DNA from: Bacteroidales bacterium
GTDB taxonomy: Bacteria; Bacteroidota; Bacteroidia; Bacteroidales; UBA932
DNA: 64,000 nt
Direction of reading: 5' to 3'
Assembly (NCBI GenBank): GCA_017450585.1
Contig: JAFSTI010000030.1
Coordinates: forward strand, 110 to 64,109
The stretch's first letter is position 1, and every line of letters begins with the position of its first letter. The notes beneath the pieces were generated by a model. That model had not been told where the DNA came from. It made no database searches and saw nothing but the letters and a program-made list of their open reading frames with translations. This document shows, in pieces, positions 59,162-64,000 of the stretch. A program made the translations under genes and the position numbers.

Positions 59162-61115
59162 GATATCCAGGCTCGAATCACAAGCCTGTCAGGCTGCTGA
59201 CTGGTCCCGAGTCATGGTATCCGAGGGTTTTACGCCCGATCATATTTTCTACACCCGCTTCAGCGGAGATATACGCCTGGGCTCTTTCAGGCGGGAATTC
59301 GTACTGGCCGGCGGAATCAGCAAACACGCCGGAGTACGGCACGCCACCCTGCATAATGTCGTAATCGAAGACGACTGTTGCATTGAGAATGTCAACAACT
59401 ACATCTCCAATTACCATATAGGCCATGATTCTTTCATCGAGAACGTGGATGTGATTGTCAATGACGGTCTCTGCACTTTCGGAAACGGCGTGGATGTGGC
59501 GGTAATGAACGAGACCGGTGGACGCGAGGTGATGATTTATGACCGTCTGACCGCACAGCAGGCATATATCATGGCCTTGTATCGCCACCGTCCCGAACTT
59601 ATTGCTCGGCTTCGGGCCATGATCGGAGCATATTCCGAGTCCCGCCGAAGTGAAACCGGACATATAGGATCTTACGTCCGGATTGCCGATACCGGCTATA
59701 TCAAAGACGTTTATATCGGCGACTACGCGCACATAGAAGGCACGGCCAGGCTCTACAATGGCAGCATCAATTCCAACCAGGCCGCTCCGGTTCAGGTCGG
59801 AGTCGGTGTGATCGGAGACGATTTCATCATTTGCTCCGGCAGCGAAGTTAAGGACAATGTCTCATTCTCCCGCTGTTTCATCGGGCAATCCTGCAAACTC
59901 GGTCACGGCTATTCGGCCAGTGATTCGCTCTTCTTCAGCAATTGCCAGGGAGAAAACGGGGAAGCCTGTGCCATTTTCGCCGGTCCTTTTACGGTAACAC
60001 ATCACAAGAGCACGCTGCTCATCGCCGGAATGTTCTCATTTATGAATGCCGGCTCCGGTTCGAACCAGAGTAACCACATGTACAAACTTGGCCCCATTCA
60101 TCAGGGCATCATGCAGCGCGGTTCGAAGACTTCATCCGATTCGTATATCCTATGGCCCGCCAAGGTGGGAGCTTTCTCTCTGGTTATGGGACGCCATGTC
60201 ACCCACCCGGATACATCATGCTTCCCGTTTTCATATCTGATGGAACAGGACAGCCACACATACATCGTACCGGGAGCGAACTTGAAGAGCGTGGGAACCA
60301 TCCGCGATGCCCGCAAATGGCCAAAACGCGACGGGCGCAAGGAAGGCGACAAACTGGACTGCATTAATTTCAACCTGCTCAGTCCGTTCACCATTACAAA
60401 TGTCCTGAAAGGAATAGATGCGCTGAAATCACTTCAGGCCGTTTCCGGATCAGACACTGCCGAATATATGTATCATGGTTGCGTAATCCGCGCGTCCTCC
60501 CTGAAAAAGGGACAGAAATTCTATTCGATGGTGATGGATAAATTCCTCGGGAACTCATTGATCTCCCGTATCCAGAAATCCCCTGCCGGAGACATCGAGT
60601 CTATCCGCAAGACTCTGGTTCCGGACTCAAATGTCGGACAGGGAGAATGGATCGACGTCGGCGGCATGATAGCCCCGCAGAGCGAAGTGGACGCGTTGCT
60701 CTCCGATATTGAAAGCGAAGCCGTGGCATCTTTGGATGCCGTTTCCGAGCGTTTCAACCGGATGCACTCGAATTACTATTCATATGAATGGACCTGGGCG
60801 TCAAAAGTGCTGGAGGAGTATTATGGGATCGACCTTAAGACGGTATCTGCAGCCACACTGCTCAAACTGATTCACGTCTGGCATCAGTCAGTTATCGGTA
60901 TCGACAACCTGCTTCTGGAGGATGCAGCAAAAGAATTCTCCCTGAGTATGATGACGAGTTTCGGAGCTGACGGGAGCGACAGCGTAAAGATGGAAGATTT
61001 CGTGCAGGTACGCGGTGCAGCCTATGATGATGATCCTTTCGTCAAAGATATCAGAGAGCACATACGGCGTAAAACCGCACTGCGTGATGAAATGCTTTCC
61101 TTTATCCAGGACTAA
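59133..61115 (+). CDS. DUF4954 family protein (left-handed beta-helix-like)
   Basis: MEYRNLS N-terminus, NETGGREV, GPFTVTHHKSTLLIAG and GTIRDARKWPKRD; typical Bacteroidales protein. Confidence 0.8.
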   Translation: MEYRNLSADEISRLESQACQAADWSRVMVSEGFTPDHIFYTRFSGDIRLGSFRREFVLAGGISKHAGVRHATLHNVVIEDDCCIENVNNYISNYHIGHDSFIENVDVIVNDGLCTFGNGVDVAVMNETGGREVMIYDRLTAQQAYIMALYRHRPELIARLRAMIGAYSESRRSETGHIGSYVRIADTGYIKDVYIGDYAHIEGTARLYNGSINSNQAAPVQVGVGVIGDDFIICSGSEVKDNVSFSRCFIGQSCKLGHGYSASDSLFFSNCQGENGEACAIFAGPFTVTHHKSTLLIAGMFSFMNAGSGSNQSNHMYKLGPIHQGIMQRGSKTSSDSYILWPAKVGAFSLVMGRHVTHPDTSCFPFSYLMEQDSHTYIVPGANLKSVGTIRDARKWPKRDGRKEGDKLDCINFNLLSPFTITNVLKGIDALKSLQAVSGSDTAEYMYHGCVIRASSLKKGQKFYSMVMDKFLGNSLISRIQKSPAGDIESIRKTLVPDSNVGQGEWIDVGGMIAPQSEVDALLSDIESEAVASLDAVSERFNRMHSNYYSYEWTWASKVLEEYYGIDLKTVSAATLLKLIHVWHQSVIGIDNLLLEDAAKEFSLSMMTSFGADGSDSVKMEDFVQVRGAAYDDDPFVKDIREHIRRKTALRDEMLSFIQD

Positions 61116-61136
61116 GCTTTTTCTCAGAAAAAATCA

Positions 61137-61144
61137 TATCTTTG
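61137..61144 (+). promoter_or_regulatory. Bacteroidetes -7 promoter box (TATCTTTG) for parAB
   Basis: Exact consensus 21 nt upstream of the parA ATG. Confidence 0.65.
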
Positions 61145-61165
61145 TGAGAATATCGATAAAAGGAA

Positions 61166-61936
61166 ATGGGAAAAATTATTGCGATAGCTAACCAGAAGGG
61201 CGGAGTCGGGAAGACCACCACCGCGATTAATCTCGCGGCGTCGCTTGCCGTATTGGAGAAGAAAGTTCTCGTAATCGACGCAGATCCGCAGGCAAACACC
61301 ACCTCGGGACTTAATTTTTCTCCCGAGGATGACCAGAAGCGTACAATCTACGAAGTTATGATCGGAAGCATCGAAGTTCACGATGCCCTTATCCAGACCG
61401 AGATTGCCAACTTGCACATGATTCCCTCCCATATCAACCTCGTGGGTGTGGAGATCGAGCTTCTGGATGCCCCCGAGCGCGAATCTATTCTGCGCAAGGC
61501 TCTCGCGCCCCTTAAAAATGAGTATGATTACATCATCATTGACTGTTCCCCTTCGCTGGGTCTGGTCACGGTGAACTGCCTCACCGCAGCCGATTCGGTC
61601 ATTATTCCCGTCCAGCCGGAATTCTTCGCTCTGGAAGGCCTCGGCAAACTCCTTCAGACTATCCGCATAGTGCAGAATAAAGTCAATCCCGCGCTGACCA
61701 TCGAAGGATTCGTGGTCACGATGTTCGATGGCCGCACCAGGGTCCATACCCAGGTGGTCGGAGAGCTTCGCGAACATTTCGGTGACATGGTCTTCAATAC
61801 CATCATCCAGCGTAATATCCGCCTCAGCGAGGCTCCTTCGCACGGCAAACCCATCATTCTGTATGACGTGATGAGTACCGGAGCGTCGAACTACCTGAAC
61901 ATGGCTAAAGAACTCTTAGAGAAAAATCAGGCATAA
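61166..61936 (+). CDS. parA: Chromosome partitioning ATPase ParA/Soj
   Basis: ANQKGGVGKTTT, DADPQAN, IDCSPSLG and RNIRLSEAPSHG motifs. Confidence 0.97.
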   Translation: MGKIIAIANQKGGVGKTTTAINLAASLAVLEKKVLVIDADPQANTTSGLNFSPEDDQKRTIYEVMIGSIEVHDALIQTEIANLHMIPSHINLVGVEIELLDAPERESILRKALAPLKNEYDYIIIDCSPSLGLVTVNCLTAADSVIIPVQPEFFALEGLGKLLQTIRIVQNKVNPALTIEGFVVTMFDGRTRVHTQVVGELREHFGDMVFNTIIQRNIRLSEAPSHGKPIILYDVMSTGASNYLNMAKELLEKNQA

Positions 61937-62880
61937 TGGCTACTTCAAGCAAAACTCCCCGCGGACTTGGTAAAGGTCTGAGCGCGCTGCTGGGTGAAGG
62001 ACAGAGTGTGGATGATTTCCGTAAACCCGTAGGATACATTAACAAGGCCATCGTAAGCAGCACGGGACGTGCTCCCGAGACGGCTGACATACTCCGGATT
62101 CCCATCGGGATGATTGAGCCTAATCCCTACCAGCCCCGTACCGCATTCAGCGACGAGACGCTGCAGGAACTTGCAGACTCTATCCGTTCCCTTGGTCTGA
62201 TCCAGCCCATCACGGTACGAAAGATTTCCGACGGACGCTACCAGATAATAAGCGGCGAACGTCGATTCCGTGCGTGCAAGGCGGCCGGATTTGATATGGT
62301 TCCCGCTTATATCCGTGAGGCCAATGATCAGGGAATGCTTGAGATGGCTATCGTGGAGAATGTCCAGCGTGAAGATCTGGACCCGATCGAAGTCGCCTTG
62401 AGCTATCAGAGACTCATCGACGAGTGCTCCCTCACTCAGGATCAGATGGCCGGTCGGGTGGGTAAAAAACGCGCCTCGGTAACCAACTACCTCCGTCTGC
62501 TCAAACTCCCGGCTAAAGTCCAGCACGATCTCAAAGTAGGCCTTATTTCCGTCGGTCATGCGAAAGTCATACTCGGTGCCGACGATCCGGCAGTACAGGA
62601 GGATCTCTGCGACCAGGTAATCAGCAAAGACCTGTCGGTCCGCCAGTTGGAAGAGAAACTTCACGCCCTTAACAAGGGCCGTAAAGAGAAAACCTCACAG
62701 ACTGGCGAAGAGGAAATGCCCGAAGTATATTACAGGGCGCTGGAAACCTTCGGCCGTTATTTTGGAGACAATATTTCCCTCAAGCGTAGCGCCGGCGGCA
62801 AAGGCAGTCTCACTGTCCGTTTCAGTTCCGACGAGGAGATGGAGCGTTTCATAAACGCCATCGATCCCCGTCACGAATAG
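61936..62880 (+). CDS. parB: Chromosome partitioning protein ParB/Spo0J
   Basis: LGKGLSALL, PNPYQPR, GLIQPI, SGERRFRA, ENVQREDL and HTH region. Confidence 0.97.
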   Translation: MATSSKTPRGLGKGLSALLGEGQSVDDFRKPVGYINKAIVSSTGRAPETADILRIPIGMIEPNPYQPRTAFSDETLQELADSIRSLGLIQPITVRKISDGRYQIISGERRFRACKAAGFDMVPAYIREANDQGMLEMAIVENVQREDLDPIEVALSYQRLIDECSLTQDQMAGRVGKKRASVTNYLRLLKLPAKVQHDLKVGLISVGHAKVILGADDPAVQEDLCDQVISKDLSVRQLEEKLHALNKGRKEKTSQTGEEEMPEVYYRALETFGRYFGDNISLKRSAGGKGSLTVRFSSDEEMERFINAIDPRHE

Positions 62881-62888
62881 TCCCACTT

Positions 62889-63782
62889 ATGAGAGCGTGG
62901 AGCAGGGCCATATCGATGTTGTTATGCTGTGTCGCTTTTGCCGCAGTCAGCCAGAACGCATACGCCCAGTTCAAAAAAGACGCTTTCACCCAGGACTATG
63001 GCGAGCAGGAAGGTGCCGAAACCGACACGACCGCCTCACTGATTTCCTTTAAAGAATACATACGCGGCATTACGCACAAGGACAAGGCACGCATCGGAAC
63101 GCTTGCGGTCGGTTCTGCTCTCTGTGTCGGAGGAATGCAGATCTACAATCGCGATTACTGGAAACTGCCAATCATTTACGGCGGCATCGCAGCGGGCGCC
63201 GGCAGCGGTATCTATTTCCTTAATAAGGGCAATAAAAGCGCAGCCACGGTCTCTTTCGCTGCGGCCGGAGTAATTTATTACGCATCATTCATGGACGGGG
63301 CGGTGAACTATCACCGTGACGACAAAAAACATCATCCGGGTCGGGCGACCCTCTATTCGGTACTCTGCCCCGGGCTGGGACAGATATACAACGGCGAGGC
63401 ATGGAAGATACCCATTTACTGGGGCTGCCTGCTGGGGGCGGGGCATTTCCTCGCTGTCAACAACAAGAATTACGTCCGTTTCAAACGTATCCATAACGAG
63501 GCCTCATCCGGGGACGGCACTTACACTGAATCCATCTCCGAATCCACCGCCCTTTACTACAGGGACGTGTACAGGCGTTACCGTGATTACTCGATAGTCG
63601 CCCTGGCAGGATTCTATCTCCTTCAGGCTATTGATGCCAATGTATTCGCCTTCATGACGGATTTCGAGGTATCGGACGACATCTCGATGAAAGTGGCCCC
63701 GGAGGTCATATTGCCCGAAAACAACCAATACGCATTCCATGCTCCCCCGGCTTATGGGATGAGCATTGCATTCCGATTCTGA
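62889..63782 (+). CDS. DUF5683 membrane protein with two tandem domains
   Basis: GGMQIYNRDYWKLPIIYGG and PGLGQIYNGEAWKIPIYWG; conserved position after parB. Confidence 0.8.
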   Translation: MRAWSRAISMLLCCVAFAAVSQNAYAQFKKDAFTQDYGEQEGAETDTTASLISFKEYIRGITHKDKARIGTLAVGSALCVGGMQIYNRDYWKLPIIYGGIAAGAGSGIYFLNKGNKSAATVSFAAAGVIYYASFMDGAVNYHRDDKKHHPGRATLYSVLCPGLGQIYNGEAWKIPIYWGCLLGAGHFLAVNNKNYVRFKRIHNEASSGDGTYTESISESTALYYRDVYRRYRDYSIVALAGFYLLQAIDANVFAFMTDFEVSDDISMKVAPEVILPENNQYAFHAPPAYGMSIAFRF

Positions 63783-63787
63783 CTTTA

Positions 63788-64000
63788 ATGAAGCGACTGA
63801 TAATTCTCTCTGCCCTGGTGCTCGGCACCATTCCGGCATTCTCGCAGACACCAGACACCCTGGCCGTGGCTATTGACAGCACCGCGATGGAAATCGCCAT
63901 CGAGGCCGACGGGGCTGCGGCAGCTGACACCCTCGCGATGGCTGACGTGGATGTGGACTCACTGCTTGGAAACTGGTACACCGCACTGCAGGCCGATGGC
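63788..64000 (+). CDS. N-terminal fragment of a probable LysM lytic transglycosylase (runs off the window)
   Basis: ATG 63788, signal peptide MKRLIILSALVLGTIPAFS, DSLLGNWY motif; product inferred from Bacteroidales parA-parB-DUF5683 synteny. Confidence 0.55.
   Translation, partial: MKRLIILSALVLGTIPAFSQTPDTLAVAIDSTAMEIAIEADGAAAADTLAMADVDVDSLLGNWYTALQADG

Overview
A very gene-dense 64 kb chromosomal segment, most likely from a gut/rumen-type Bacteroidales bacterium. This is inferred from TAnnTTTG promoter boxes before several transcription units, the Bacteroidetes-style V/A-ATPase operon and the parA-parB-DUF5683-lytic transglycosylase order. No rRNA, tRNA, CRISPR array, transposase or prophage gene was seen. 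Main blocks: (1) 263-19026 (-), a single 14-gene pyrimidine+purine de novo superoperon (pyrC-carB-pyrK-pyrD-pyrF-pyrE-pyrB-purE-purL-purC-purF-purM-purH-purD) of Firmicutes-like sequence type, preceded by a putative leader-peptide/terminator attenuator; (2) DUF4923, mntP, a DUF6515 protein and a Wzi-like protein; (3) a minus-strand operon with an arginase-fold gene, the glycine cleavage system and a degenerate GH2; (4) a ~14.5 kb plus-strand operon joining GH92/GH125 mannosidases, a nuclease, a Wzx/Wzy polysaccharide locus and a DUF47-PiT phosphate transporter; (5) TPR/yebC, then a Na+-pumping methylmalonyl-CoA-type decarboxylase operon abutting a Na+-motif V/A-ATPase operon, followed by DAGK, DUF4954, parAB, DUF5683 and a partial lytic transglycosylase. 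Most notable: PurF has lost Cys1 and the glutamine-site motifs, carB has no carA beside it (together suggesting ammonia-fed nucleotide synthesis), PurC has lost several near-invariant catalytic residues, PurD carries a 39-bp tandem-repeat insertion, PyrB is fused to only the PyrI zinc domain, and the decarboxylase/ATPase coupling suggests a one-operon decarboxylation-phosphorylation module. All family assignments are from motif recognition and recalled reference sequences; no database search was run.
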